From Microbotryum violaceum (taxonomy: Eukaryota), in contig CDLV01000005.1 of the NCBI GenBank assembly GCA_001244265.2, positions 2,294,001-2,358,000 on the forward strand: DNA of 64,000 bases. The letters run 5' to 3'. Position 1 is the stretch's first letter, and the number at the start of each line of letters is the position of its first letter. The notes beneath the pieces were generated by a model. It saw only the letters and a list, made by a program, of their open reading frames with translations, was not told the DNA's origin and searched no databases. Positions 13,639 through 26,635 of this stretch are shown piece by piece. A program made the translations under genes and the position numbers.

Positions 13639-13743
13639 CAAACCTAGATCCGGCCCATCCCACACGTATACATCAAACCTAGATCCGGCCCATCCCGCAC
13701 GTACACACCAAACCTAGATCCGGCCCATCCCATACGTATACAT
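13639..13743. repeat. 35-bp tandem repeat, 3 copies
   Basis: CAAACCTAGATCCGGCCCATCCC plus a 12-nt slightly variable tail, with units starting at 13639, 13674 and 13709. It lies in the PSP1 3' flank/UTR. Confidence 0.95.
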
Positions 13744-14243
13744 TCTACAACAATCGCAAACTTTGTCGCCTCCTTTTCTTTTTGTTAGCCACCCGGAGAG
13801 GAGAATCCGTAGATCTTAGTTAGCTTGCGACATAAGTTAGATCCTGTTCCTTTCTTTATGTACTTGTAGCTGTAGTTCTCTTCTCTTTGTTGCTTCTTTC
13901 CTTGTACCCCGGGAAGCGCGAGAACAGATTAGATGCAATTCATGCCGACTTGTTCTTGATGTACGCATACGCCAGGGCGGCGGGACCAAAGTATTGACAG
14001 TAGTGCATCACTGTCTCTTGATACCATAGTAATAGAAGGCAAGGGAGGTTGTGGCGCGAGCTATCAGAGCTAATCACGGTTTCGATCGCCTTCTTCGCAC
14101 GCGTAACGGAAGGAAGGCTTGATTGGAAAGATGTCTGTTGTTACAACAACATCAAAAGCGAGCCGGTTCAGAAAAGATAGGGAGTGGAAAACACATGTAC
14201 GCAAGACGAAAATTCGTTCTGCCGGATATTCAAGATGAATTGC

Positions 14244-16306
14244 TCAACGCAAAGGTGGGATCGCCGCTCGGGGGAAAGCTCGGATCGTTCCACCCGTCGT
14301 CCCCGTCTGATCGCTCTGGCTTAAACTCTGAGTGACCGATTGACCAAAATCGTTCAGGCTCGACGTCGAAGGGGAAGGGAGCACGCTACCTCGAGGATTG
14401 GGTGCCCCTCCTCCTCCCCCTGCCGTCGGTCCTCCTCCCCGTCGAGATGTGATCGTTCGATCGTCAATGCGTTCGTTCGCTGAGATCGGCGTCGATCCAG
14501 ATCGAGTTTCCTCCGATCCGCGAATGACGGGGGAGGGGGGTACGCCGGGGGAGTCAAAGTAGTAATCCGAAGTTTGATCACTGAACGGTGTATCCCCACC
14601 GTCCCCCTCTTCCTTTGACAGAGGTCGTTGCGATCCTGCACCTCCCCCATTTCTCCGATTCGAGCGATGCCCATCCGAGTAGACGGAGCCAAGGAACCCA
14701 CTCTTTCGACCCGAGGTGTTGTTGCGGTTCATCGTCGATGCCGAGGACGAGTGGTTGAAGAAGGGGGGTCGGTGACCTTCGTCATCGTCGTCGACTCGAT
14801 GTTGCGAAAGAGGGGATCTTCGTCGGTCGGGACGATTAGAGCGAAGGGATTTGAGCAGGGTCTCGACCATGAGTTGTCGATCGTCGGCGGTGAGGACCGA
14901 CGCGAGCACGGAGAACAACTGTCGTCGTCGAGGGGTGATGATGCTCGACGATGGAGAGGACAATGGGGAGGAAGTGGCAAAGGTGACGCTCCTTCCGTTC
15001 GAGACGTAGGCTGGCTTTGCTCCGGATCGACTCTGCCTCGACTCGCTGGGGGCATCGGGCCCGTCTTCCCCTTCTTGCCGTCGCCGCCGTGCTGACGGAA
15101 GTTGTTGCTCTGCCTCATCGTCGTCATTCGTAGGAGACCCATTCTGAAAGAGGGTCATGAGCCTCGGTTCCTCGGGCAAGATGACCTGATCTCGAAAGCT
15201 GATGATGGCGAACTTGCGAATGTCGATCCTACCTTCGCCCTGTCGAGTCCTCCCTCCCTGGAGACGATCGAAGCCATCGCCACCCACGGCGGCTTTCAGC
15301 CTCTCGTCGCAGCGTAGAGGCCAGAAGATGGCTTCGAGGTTGGGTAAAAGACCGGACCAGAAGAAGGCCCAGGTCTCGTCGAGGCGGTGGAGAAACTTGT
15401 CGTCGGGGAGTGGGGCATTGGGGGGTGAGAGTTTGGACGAGAGAGTGAGGAAACCAGTGGTGAGTAGGTCGGTCAGGTCCTCGACGAGAAGACCGGTGAC
15501 GAGGGTGGAGAGGTTTGAGGAAGGGGTATGGGATGCGGTGGGGCGGGACGAGGTGCGCGCAAAAGTGCGTTGAATGCGGGAGATGACGAGGTCGTTGAGG
15601 TCTTCGACGTGGCCTCGGATCCCTTCTCCGTTACTGCTCGAGTGGGCAGAGCACGCTTAGTTAGTCGCAGAATAGACCCAAAAAAAAAAAAAAAAAAAAA
15701 AAACCCTTATCAATCTGCTTCAACTGACAAGAGGGGCAACACGCGCACACAGAGGGACTGCCACGCATCGTCGATGTGGCGCAGGGCGTCAGGGGTCGAA
15801 TGGTCGAGCGCGGCGGCGACGTTCCTGACGTTGTACGACTCGAGCGCCTTGAGCGTCGGCAGCGAGGTCAGACTGGGCGCGACGCTCGCACTTGCACTGG
15901 GCGTTGGAGTGCCCGAGGGCGAGGGCGAGGTGAGCGTGGGACTCTTGGACAGAATGCCGGGGCCGGGAGTGCCAGCCTGGGTTGCCCCACTTGAATGGTG
16001 CGAGGATCGGATCCAGCTGGACCTCGTCGAGGGCGCGGGCGAGGCTTGACCCGACTGCAGCAACGGTGTCGCTTTGCCCGACGAAGAACGGTTGACCGAC
16101 GAGGCACGCGAGAGTTGGATCTGTGGTTGTAGCTGACCGCCAAACGCTCCCGCTGTGGTGGATGGACGCGTAGGAGCGGCGGCGGCGGCATCGGCGGCAG
16201 CACGTCGCAGTCCACCGAGGGTCGTCATCGAACTGGCGCGCGAACGGGCACGGATCGTCGGCGAGTCATCCTGCCAGCTTGTCGAAGGGTGATGGTCGGC
16301 ATCCAT
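14244..16306 (-). CDS. HbrB-domain protein (Bit61/PRR5-Protor-like TORC2-associated subunit)
   Basis: DDAWQSLCVRVLPL|FNGEG..EDLNDLV, RLDETWAFFWSGLLPNLEAIFWPL and IDIRKFAIISFRDQVILP. There is one intron at ~15638-15728 containing a poly-A/T run. Confidence 0.8.
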
Positions 16307-16370
16307 CGAGATGCAACCTGTGCCCACCCCGGGGGAGGTAGACGTACGTACGAGGTTGCAGCAGGAGGCT

Positions 16371-16413
<43 letters not shown>
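16371..16413. repeat. (GCAA)n microsatellite, about 10.75 units
   Basis: Directly visible, upstream of the HbrB start codon. Confidence 0.97.
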
Positions 16414-16414
<1 letters not shown>

Positions 16415-16624
16415 TCGATGATGACCGTGCGCTCGAGTTTGAAATTGGAACGCGCTCAGCTGCGATCAGTATCGATCAGTTATTAGTGGCCTTCAATTCG
16501 GTTGCCTTCAATTCGCCTGACTCTGCCTGATTAGCGCAGATTAGCGCTTGTGCTTCTCCCAGCCGCCACTCTCCCAAGCACCTCGCGCACCTTGCTTGCA
16601 TGAGATAGCCACGTTGGTGTGGCC

Positions 16625-17009
16625 ATGGTCAAAGCTGTCAAGGGTCCGTCGTCTCGCTCGCTCTTTGTTCAAATCCGATCGAGCACGGCCACTGACATCA
16701 TCCTCCTCTCCCCACCCACCCGTTCACTCGACCAGGCACCCTCGTCACCTGGTACGGCCTATTTCCGAGTGCGATCATGTTGGCCTCCCGCTCACCTCTA
16801 TGGCTTTCTGACCCCCCACCAGCGACCCCGCCGCACGAGAGATCCTGCTGCAATTGGACGACCTCGAGGCCTCGCAAGGCGGTCAGCGCTTCGTCGTGCA
16901 GAAACTTGACGAGACGCACATCCTCATCGCGACCGACAGTGTCGAGAGCGTGTTGCAGCAGCTCCAACTCGAACTCGAGAAGAACAACTATGTCAGCTTG
17001 GAGCTCTAA
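16625..17009 (+). CDS. TFB5: TFIIH subunit p8/TTDA (Tfb5)
   Basis: Three exons give MVKAVKGTLVTCDPAAREILLQLDDLEASQGGQRFVVQKLDETHILIATDSVESVLQQLQLELEKNNYVSLEL. The gene is missed by the ORF track. Confidence 0.92.
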
Positions 17010-17345
17010 GCCTGGCCCGAACACGGACGACGAGAAAAGCAAGACCGCAGGCCCGGGAGCAGATTCTTACGCTTTCGTGGTGGTCATTAGAAGCATGTTG
17101 TACTGTAGCGACTGTCGGGCAATAATCAATATCTTGACCCACTTCTAATCGTGGATGAATGCAGTCTCCGAATCTTTGAAAAGCCAACGCACTCCTGCTC
17201 CTGATTCAAGTTGGAATGACCCCACACCGTGGCCCCCACACCGTGGCCGATGGCCCCTCTCCCAGAGCCTCTCTCCCTCTGCCTATTGCTCGCACTACTC
17301 CCAGTTCGCCTCCCAGGCCAACTCAGGCCGGCCACGCCACCCCCG

Positions 17346-20300
17346 ATGCAAGTACTTGTCCCTGCTTTTCTGCTTCTCCTTGGCTCCATCTCGTAGCTGC
17401 GGCTGCTCTCAACCACGAGCTCTCTCGCTCGTGTCGTGGCAACCTAATCCGCTCCCTCGCCCGCCCGTTACCGTCGATCGTAGCGGATAGAGCGACATCT
17501 CACCGGGCACCCGATCGCCCGTCTGATCTGGTCGTACCACATTGCACCGAGCTGACGTCTTCTTTGTATTACACTCCAGGACTCCCAAGCAAGGGCTGGT
17601 CGTCACCGTCGCGCCGTCGGCGTCGGCCTTCTTCGCCGGCGAACTGTTCGAGTGCACGATCACCTTTGCGAACCCGGCACCACCTATCGCGGTACCCAAC
17701 ACGAATTGGTCTACGTCGACTTCTTCCGACCCTTACGCATCCGAGGTCCAGTCCCATTTCCAGCCCTCGGCCGCCGCGAGTAGGCTGCCCCCGGGCCGCC
17801 GTCGACCCCCCTCAGCGAGTCACCTCGGCCTCGCCGAGTACGACTCCAAGCACCTCGACTCGGACGAGATGCCCCCTTCACCCTTTGTCGGATCGTCGAG
17901 GGATCCCTCCGACTCGTGGGGCCGACCACTCCCCACCGCGGGTGCACACAGTCGTTCAACCTCGGTCGCTTCGACCGTGCGCAACCCCAGCTCGGGAGCC
18001 ATAGCCGGCGCACCACCTTCTTACGTCGCCAGACCGACCCACCACAAGCGACCGAGTTTCTCCTCGTCCAGCAACATCAGTGCCCATAATCTCTCGATCA
18101 GTCAAGCCGCCAGCTCGAGTGCGAATCCGAATCTCGGCGGCTTCTCTGCACCGCCCGCCCCGCCGTGGGCCGTCAACCATCGCTCCAGTTCGGGTCTCAA
18201 TATGAGCAACACTCTCTCACTATCCGTCTCAAATCTATCGGGTGTAATACTACCTACTCGCAAGGGGCTGATTGGAAAAGCCCCCGCCCCAAAGCCGCCG
18301 CCGCCGCCGCCACCTCCGACGCGCGGAATCTACTCGAACGGACCTCGGAGACCGGCATACGGTCCGTCGGGCTCAAGCCACGCCAGAACCATGTCGATGG
18401 CCGTATCGAGTCCGAACTTATTCGCCATGTCGAACGGCGGCGAGCTGACACCCCAGCCTTCGCGCCATCCGACACCGATGAACGGCCCCTTTGATCATCA
18501 GCATCCCCCACCCCCACCTCACGATCCCAACTCGTCGCTGCGGAGAAATGATCCCGCGTTATCACCGCCGGTGTCGCCGCTGTACGACATTCCAGCGCAG
18601 ACCAGATACCTCCCAGGTGGGGACCCTGAGCCGAGACCCATCTCGCCCGAACACCCTTACCTGCAGCGGATAGCGTCGGCCGCCGCCGCCGCAGCAGCAG
18701 TGACGACGACCGATCGCGACTCGGACGAGGACTCGAACTACGACCCGAGCGATTCGCGCTCGACCTTGCCCGGCCACGGCTTCTACGGTATGGGCAGGAA
18801 CGAGACGATGGACAACCTTGTCAAACAGGACTTGGAAGCAGCTTATGCGCGGGAGGTGTCGGCGTCGCACACGTATCGCCTACCGAATGGGAGCAATAGC
18901 TCCCTCTCCCTTTCAAACAGTCCTGCCTCGACCCCTTTAAGGACCGTCGATGGAGTCGTTGTGCCACCCCCTCCGAGAACGGGCACTGCTCATCTGAAAC
19001 GAGCCTTGTCGAGCACAGCAGCATCCGCTACCAGGTCACCACTGGCCTCGATCTCCTCGTCGACTCCTTTCGCGTACCCACCCGAGACGGTCTCTTTGTT
19101 GTGGTCGTTCGCGCACCTCGAAGGTACCTTCGAAGTCGATGAAGCCTTGGTAAAACCGGGTGAATTCACCTTGTTGAAGCAAGAGTTGACCTCGGGGCCG
19201 GGAGCGGTCGTTGGTGGGGGAACGTTGAACGATTCGGCGCAGGGTAAGGGAGGTCGAGGAAGTGGATGGACTTCCTGGATCTGGGGGGGTGGCAACGATG
19301 CTGCTTCGTCGGGCCTGGGCAACACCCAGTCGAAAATGGTCGGTGGGGGTGGGCTCATTGGTCAGGCTGGCCCGTTGGGTCAAGGTCCGCAGACGCTCGA
19401 GGAGAGGAAAGAGAAGAGCTTGAAGGAGAAGACGATCCCGACTTTTTCAAGTCCGCCGAGCATTCTGGGCGTAGATCTCGTGCTTGAACCGGGAGAATCC
19501 AAAAGCTGTGAGTGGAGAGGACCTGGACCTCGTGAGAACGGCCAGCGCAGCAGCTGATCTCGAGGGTTTTGGGGTGCGTGGAACAGATACTTTCTCGATT
19601 AGAATCCCGGCCGATTTGCCTCCGTCCTTCCGAGGAAAATCCATCAAGTTCTCTTACCACCTCGTCGTGGGCACGAACCGAACTAGGATTGGGGGGATCA
19701 ATTCGATGGCGGCCAAATCGTGCGCGGCGAGGGAGGCGACCAGTCGGGTCATTAGAGTCCCCGTTAGGGTTTACAACCATGTTGGAGGTGAGTTTGGGGC
19801 GGTTCCACTGCGGTATTGGGGTTATGAAAACTGAGCTTGCTTCGTTCGACGGTGAACAAAGTGACCGGAGCTCGACCCTTTTACGACTTGACGAACCCAA
19901 TCGTCTACCACCGCGACGAAGCAACGGTTCAAGCCGTCGTTCCAGCCTCCGAGCAAACGACACTTGCAGCATCGACCAAACCAGCGCTCGTTCGAACGCC
20001 CACGGCGACCGAGACCGTCATCGAAGCCAAGAATCGTCGACGGCTTTCTAACGGTCGGCGCGAATTCGAGGCCTACGCGACGGCCTTGCTCGATTCCGTA
20101 CGACTCGCTTCGCCGGAATTGGTTTCGAACGCGAGCATGTCGCCGACGTTGAGACCTACGCGACTGGCGGGGGAGGTCACGATGGAAGGGTCGCCGGCTC
20201 TAAGGCCCGAGCGGTTGGATCGACATGGGAGCTCCAGGGCGGTGACCACGGCGACAATAGAGAATGGGGGAAATGGATTGGGAGTGTTGGGTATCGTCCC

Positions 20301-21490
20301 GCCACATACCGGAGCTTTGGCGAGTGTCGGCGTGGGGGAGGAGGAGGAACCGGCGGGGTGCAAGGCCGCGGTTGAGATTGTGACAAGGAACTCTCAGAAA
20401 GGTGAATCGAGGCTGGGTCTCCGGAGGTTGGAGTATACGCTGATATCTCGTTCGTTGGAGGAACAGTCTCTTACGATATCAACAAGGACGGCTTCATGGT
20501 CGCGCAACTGACGCTCGTCAAATCGGCGTACCGACTTGGCGAAACCGTCAACGGCTCGGTCGTTATCAACTCGAGCGAAGGCCGTGTCTTGCGCATCTCG
20601 GCTCGGCTCGAGACCCACGAACTGATTGAAACTTCTATATCGACCAAGCCGGCACCGCAAGTCCGAGCCCTGACACGCCGCTTGCACTCGGAGCACCACC
20701 AAATGACGCTCGACTGCGCTCGCGTCGGCTTTGCCCTCGCGATCCCTTCGGGCGCGACGCCCGATTTTGGCACGTCCGGGGTCAAGCTGCAGTGGTCCGT
20801 CCGCTTGTCTTTCCTCGTCGTTCCTCCGTCCCCCGATGCAAAACCGGCAACGCAGCCCAAGGGGCACGCGAGGAGGGGTTCGACCTTTTTGGGTCGCGGA
20901 ACCCCGCCCGCGCCGCCGCCACCACCGTCATCGGGTCTTGCGGGAGAGTCAGGTCGCTCGCATGCTCGATCCAAGTCGTTCGCGTATGGCTTCGAACCGA
21001 CTGTCCCTCTGACCTTACCCGCCGCACCCGCAATCTTACCGACCGGAGCCGCGCATCTTATGCCCGTCCTCGGACCCAAAGACACCTCAGCCTCGCATGT
21101 CTCGTACCGTGCCGTCCCCGACTTAGGTTTCGCGCCTGTACTATACTCCACGAACGCACCCGAAGCTCCTCCGAGCCCTGGTCCTTTGCAACGCACGGCG
21201 AGTGGCAAGACGCTGGATTTCCGTAGTCATCAACGCAACGCGTCGAGTTTGTCGCATTCGAGGGGGACGCAGGTCGTCGCGGTGCAACAGACGAGTGTCG
21301 TGTTGGTGCCGGCCAAGTACGAAATGGTCGAATGCTCGATCCCGATCAAGGTTTATCCAGGGTAAGTGAATGGAGAGGTTCAAGGGACCGGAAGAGATTC
21401 GTGGATTTGGAGCTCACCTTGTTTTACGCTGCGCTTGACCGAATCAGAAATACCCCTTTTCGACCTACGATTAGCATGTTTGCGGCGTGA
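17346..21490 (+). CDS. RGP1: Rgp1, subunit of the Ric1-Rgp1 Rab6/Ypt6 GEF
   Basis: FFAGELFECTITFAN, LLWSFAHLEGTFEVD, FSSPPSILGVDLVLEPGESKS|YTFSIRIPADLPPSFRGKSIKFSYHLVVG, KSAYRLGETV, TPDFGTSGVKLQWSVRLSF and ECSIPIKVYP. The start is uncertain (17346 or 17250). Confidence 0.88.
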
Positions 21491-21740
21491 ACGAGCTCGT
21501 CGCTATCTTGGTTCAGATTAGAGTAGTACGATTGGTGTAATAACTAAGGAGTGAGGAGCGAGCTCAAGAGTTGCCCAGCCTAAGCTGTCCAGTCCGCTGC
21601 CAGCTGCTCAGATGGGCCAGGAAGTTCGTGCAACCCCCGCGGCAGCGCGCCCCCACTGTATCCCCCACATCGATCATCCATTCGCAGCTCTTGGCTTTCC
21701 GCCACAATCTCCCGCCTAACGCGTCTCCGCATCGATCGCC

Positions 21741-22637
21741 ATGGTCTAGTGAGTTACGACTTCCACAGTGATGAAAGAACAAAGCTGATCAGATTTGCAG
21801 AACCTCTATAGCACCATCATCGTGCACCTCAAAGCTAAGGACCTGGACAGTGCGGAGAAGATCGCCTGGAAGCTCGTTGACGCCGCGACTGTCTATCGCA
21901 AAGGTCCGCACGGGGGTGTGAGACCTCGACTAATGTTCTTTCTGCGGGACTGACCAGGTTGAATTTCTTCTGTTACTTCCAGACAAGGAACAGCTGTGAG
22001 TGGGAGCTTCGCAGATCGGCCTGCTCAACCTTGGTCCAGCATCTACGCGGTTTCACTGATGCCTTGTGATCGTACTCTATGGACCTCGTCACCTTTGTTC
22101 GCAGAGGATGGTTGGTTCACCGGTACGTACACACGCTCCACTAGCTCTGTGGAGACTCAGCCTCTTGAGCTCCGCCAAAGCTAACCCCGCTGCTCCATGC
22201 CCATCTCCATCCTCCGTGCTTGCACACGTCGATCGGCTCGGCGGCCCATCCTCCCGTTCATATACTGCCCGAATATACTTTATGTTCAACAGCGATCCCA
22301 AGGACCCTCTGAAGTTTGCTATCGTTGAGCGATTTGTCAACGAGGCATCTCAAAAATATCACCTCGAGGTTCGTACCATCGTCAAATCCTTCCAAGGGAT
22401 CTTCCGTCTTATCTCGATCTCGATTTTTTACCACTTCGGCCCATGTTTGTGACCGAGGTGCCGCCCTGACAAGTGACTGAGGGTTATGATATCACCGCAC
22501 AGAACCCTTACTGGCTCACGTTTGACCCTTACGTGATTCCCTTATTGGACGGCCCGATGGATCTGACGCGGTGGGAGGAGTTGCCCGTGCCCGAACCGAA
22601 CCAAGATTCGTTCGAGGCGGGGCAAAAGGCTCAGTAG
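21741..22637 (+). CDS. Small ABM (antibiotic biosynthesis monooxygenase)-type dimeric alpha/beta barrel protein
   Basis: Six small exons give MVYTIIVHLKAKD..KLVDAATVYRKDKEQLGWLVHRDPKDPLKFAIVERFVNEASQKYHLENPYWLTFDPYVIPLLDGPMDLTRWEEL. The gene is not recovered by the ORF track. Confidence 0.82.
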
Positions 22638-23541
22638 AGGAGGAAGGTAGCCGGGAGCGAATGCAGTGAAGAAATACGATGTTTTTGGTCACGCGACGAT
22701 CTCGTATCTCGGGAGGGTTGTTCATCACTTCTGCCGAGAGGGGACCTTGCGACCCCACTCCTCACAAAAAACCTCGGCGGTACTCGAGCGGAAAATTCGG
22801 TGCGGGCGAAAAAGAAATCCCGCATGCGCTTGGATCCCAATGAATTGTGAAATTTCAGACTTCTTTTCTAGAGCAGAGCTTTGTGAGAGACCTTTCACAG
22901 GCATTGAGTGAGATGTCTCGGAAGGGCCGAGCCTTCGTAGGTCTTGGTCATCGACGTTGACGTAGACGCCGCGCTGGCCGCCGCATTCTCGGTCGGCAAC
23001 GGCCGCTGCTCTGACTTGAATTTCATTCTTGTCAGCTGCCCTATCCAAGCGTTTCCTTCTTTGCAGCTGGAGAGCACGCACAGCGGCCAGGATCTCGGTC
23101 AACACCAACAGCAACCGAGACAATCTCCTTCGCTATCCCGTGCTCGAGCCTCGACAGTCGACAGTCGACAGCACGTTCCTTGGCTTCGAGGCCATTCGTT
23201 TCGACAAACGTTTCCTGACATTTCCCCGCTCCCTTGTGCGCTTGACTCTCCTAAGTCGCGAGCCGGCACCAGCCCAGGTCGAGCGAGCCTGGGTTAGGCG
23301 CGCGTGCGACTAAGCTCAACCAAGCCTCCACAGAGTGCGACCGTCACCGTCGCCGTGCTTCGCCGGGAGGGGGACCCTTCAACTCGAGCTCTGATCTCAC
23401 TCACAGCGGCTCCGTCCGACCACTCCACTGCAGCTCGACCGCCAACTCCCAGCTCGCCTCGACTTCTCACCGCAAAGGACAGACCGACACCCAGACCCCA
23501 ACCGGGTAGGGTGCTTCGGGGGTCCCAAGAGGTCGACTCGC

Positions 23542-26112
23542 ATGGCTTTGCTCGACGGCGGCACGAGTTCGTCGTCGCTGGTCCAAGTGGGCCCGACACC
23601 GAATGGACAACCGCCTCAGCGCGCGATTACGCTCAGACTGTCCGAGGAGACGCTCGCGCAACTAATGGCCCTCGCGAGCCGAGGAAGCCAACCCAACAAG
23701 GGGACCTTGCAGATCGACCTGGGCTCCAATCCGGTCAGTTTCATTACAGCTGCTGTGACAGGACTCTCCCGGGGGGGAAGGGCTTGACGATGCGAGATGT
23801 GCTTGCTCCATCCGTTCCGTTCACGTCGCCTTCCCTCGCGCCGCGATCGCGGTTGCTCTAATTGCCCGCCCGCCAACAATGGCCACCGGGCAACGGCCCC
23901 ATTTCGCGTAATATCTCACCGGCGCTGACACTTTCCCATGTCGCTATACGGACATCCCTTCTTTCGACAGACGTTCATGTTCAATGGCGCATCCTACCCC
24001 GTCACCTTGCTCGAAGAGGCACCCCATACCGAACTGCTATGCTACACCCGCGCAAAGTCCGGATCGGCGACGACCTCGGACTCGACCTCGACCCCGCGTC
24101 GACTGGAACGCTTTGCCGACGTCTCGCACAAGGCGACACTCAAACCCTCGTCCAACCTCGACCGCGTCAGCCAAGCACTACGTGAACAACGGTCCGTCGC
24201 GGAGAAGGAGAAGCAAGGGAAAAGGTTAGCGTTTGCCCGCCCCTCTTCGTCCTCCTCACCCCATGGCCTTCTCGATTCCCGAGTTCAGTCTCGGCTCGTC
24301 CGAGCTCGCCGATGCCGACTTGAACCCTCTCCTTTCCCGACCAATTACCGCGGACATTTCCGACCTTGCCCAGTCATCATCAAACGCAGACGGCAGACTA
24401 CGACATAACTGACCACGATCGTCACATGATTTTGCAGAGCCGTCCTGATCGAGAGCGCTCCGACGTCGCGATCCAATTCAAAGAATCGGCACACGACGGC
24501 CAATGCCAGCACCAGCGCGGTACCGATGCCGCGGCACCCCGTCGCTTCGACTTCGGCATCCTCTTTGACGACAACCTCACCCGCTATCCGACCTTCTTCG
24601 AGGTTGATTGCGGCCGCACAAAAGGCGACACCGGCCCAAGTTGCGGCCGCCGCGGCGGCCAAACGGTCACCACCCGAGCAAAAATACGTTTCTCTGGCCG
24701 CCGTCTCCCCACCTTCGACGGCGCTCGCGACGACCCACCCTTCCCCTCCGCATGCCGATTCGCCGGCGCGCCAGCACTCCTCAACTTCGTCCGAGTCGTC
24801 GACCACGAGCTCGTCATCGCTGCTGCAATACTCGACGGCGAGCACCGCCACCAGCACGGGCACAGGCGCGAGCGGCGTTCAAAAGGGTCGAACCTCTCTG
24901 TCCTCGGTCGAATCGCCCGCCGCTGTCGCTTCGGAGCTACCCGTCGCCTCGATCGCCTCGTCTTCTCCAACAAAACCCATCGCCGCGGGAGGCGGAGGCG
25001 TGTTGAAGGGCAAAGACTCGATAAAGAAGGAAAAACAGAAGCGACAACGGCGCAAGGACGAAGTCGCCGAGGCCGTACGGATCGCGTCCAAACCTCGCCA
25101 CGACCAGCACGAATTGCTTCCCCTTTCCCCTTTGCCCATGCAAGGTAGGGAAGAGGACAACGACGACGACGAAGACGAAGATGCCGAGGGCGAGATCGAC
25201 GAAGAGATGACGTTCGTCGCGCAGGAGGAGCAGCCGAGATCGCTGTTGAAGAAGAAGCGGAGGGTGACCATAGCGGGGGGCGAGGTTGGATCCGACGCTC
25301 CGACAACCAAGAGTTCGCGGTCACGGGTCGCGACCTCGACCCCGTTGATCTCGACGGCGTCAACGGCGTCAACGGCGAAGAAGCGGAAACGCGCCCTCGC
25401 TAAGTCCGAACGGTGGTACTCGTCGTCGTCCGAGTCCGAGGGCGAGGCAAGTTCGGCCGCCTCGATGTCCAAGGCGGGGGCGGGCGAAATTACCTCGAAG
25501 CGATCGAAAGGGTTGTCGGTCCGTCCTGCGACCAAGAACGGCAGTCTGGTTAAGCGGCGACGGACCGTCTCGAGCCACGACCTCCTCGCGCTGCCGACAG
25601 CCGGCGACTCGGATCCGGAGCGAGGGCGGCCAAACTTGGATTCGGCGTCGCTGTCTCGAGCAAGCTCGTCTTCGAACCAGAAAGCTCAACCCGTGCCATC
25701 ATCCTCGCTCTCCCAAGTCGTCGCCACCTCGACCTCGACCTCAACGACGCTCGATCCTTCCGACCGTTCCCCGAGTCTGACCGGCACGAACGACGCTTCC
25801 GATCGCTACGTCACGATCACCTCTTCGGCATCGTTCGAGCGTCACCGACAGCTATTTGAAGAAGCCTATCCATCCTACCGAGCGCTGTACGATACGTTGA
25901 TGCAGGAACGCCAAATTCTTGCGAGTAAGGAAGGGGGGCGGACTTCGCAAGGCAGGTACACGCTCGACGAGGTCCGCAAGCTCGTCAAGCGGTTAGAGAT
26001 GAATCGCGACGAATTGGAGCGGATTAAGCTTGGCTTGAAAAAGTACGCCATGACGGCGGGAATACCTCTCGTCCTCAACGGTGGCGCGGTGACACGGACG
26101 GAGATTTTATGA
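23542..26112 (+). CDS. Probable ELL-like RNA polymerase II elongation factor (occludin/ELL C-terminal domain)
   Basis: About 3 exons. N-terminal AITLRLSEETLAQL, a long basic Ser-rich linker with NLS-like KKKRR/KKRKR, and C-terminal TITSSASFERHRQLFEEAYPSYRALY..RDELERIKLGLKKY. Confidence 0.6.
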
Positions 26113-26635
26113 GGAGTAGCTCGGGCACTACCGGTCCTTGCTCCCTGGGACAATATGATCATGTAGGAGGACATGTTTCCTCTACATGGATCTGGGCATA
26201 TCTTAGTATGCTTTTTCTTGGTTCTCCGCTTGGCGTTTTTTGGACGTTGCGCAACTTGGATTTTCTGTATGTTTGTACCACCCCCCTCTCCCCACCATGC
26301 CTCATCATGAGTATTACGAGTCGTTCTTCCCTTCCCATACCATGTTGTGTCTGGCGTCTGAATTTCTCAAAAAATGACCCCGTTGCAAGAATTGTACTTC
26401 AAGTGAAAGATGCGGAATCGAGCAAAAAAAGAAAAGAAAGAAAAGCGAGAACTGATTGTGATTAAGAGGAAAGGGAAAGGGACAAAGCCAATAGGCGAAG
26501 CGACCCATGAATAATGCACCTTTCTTCTTCTTCTTGAGAACATCAACGCGGGGACAGAAGAGATAGCACACTACAAGTTGATCGGAACGGGAGGGTGGAG
26601 GGAGAGGAAAGGTGGGAGGTAGCTTGGGAACTCCG

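Noticed and set aside
13639-13743. Possible mini-CRISPR (constant core plus variable segment)
   Set aside because: The variable parts are only 12 nt and nearly identical to each other. There are no cas genes and the context is eukaryotic.
21768-21790. Box C (GTGATGA) and box D (CTGA) in the first ABM intron, suggesting a snoRNA
   Set aside because: The boxes are only ~10 nt apart, and the CTGAT is better explained as the branch site.
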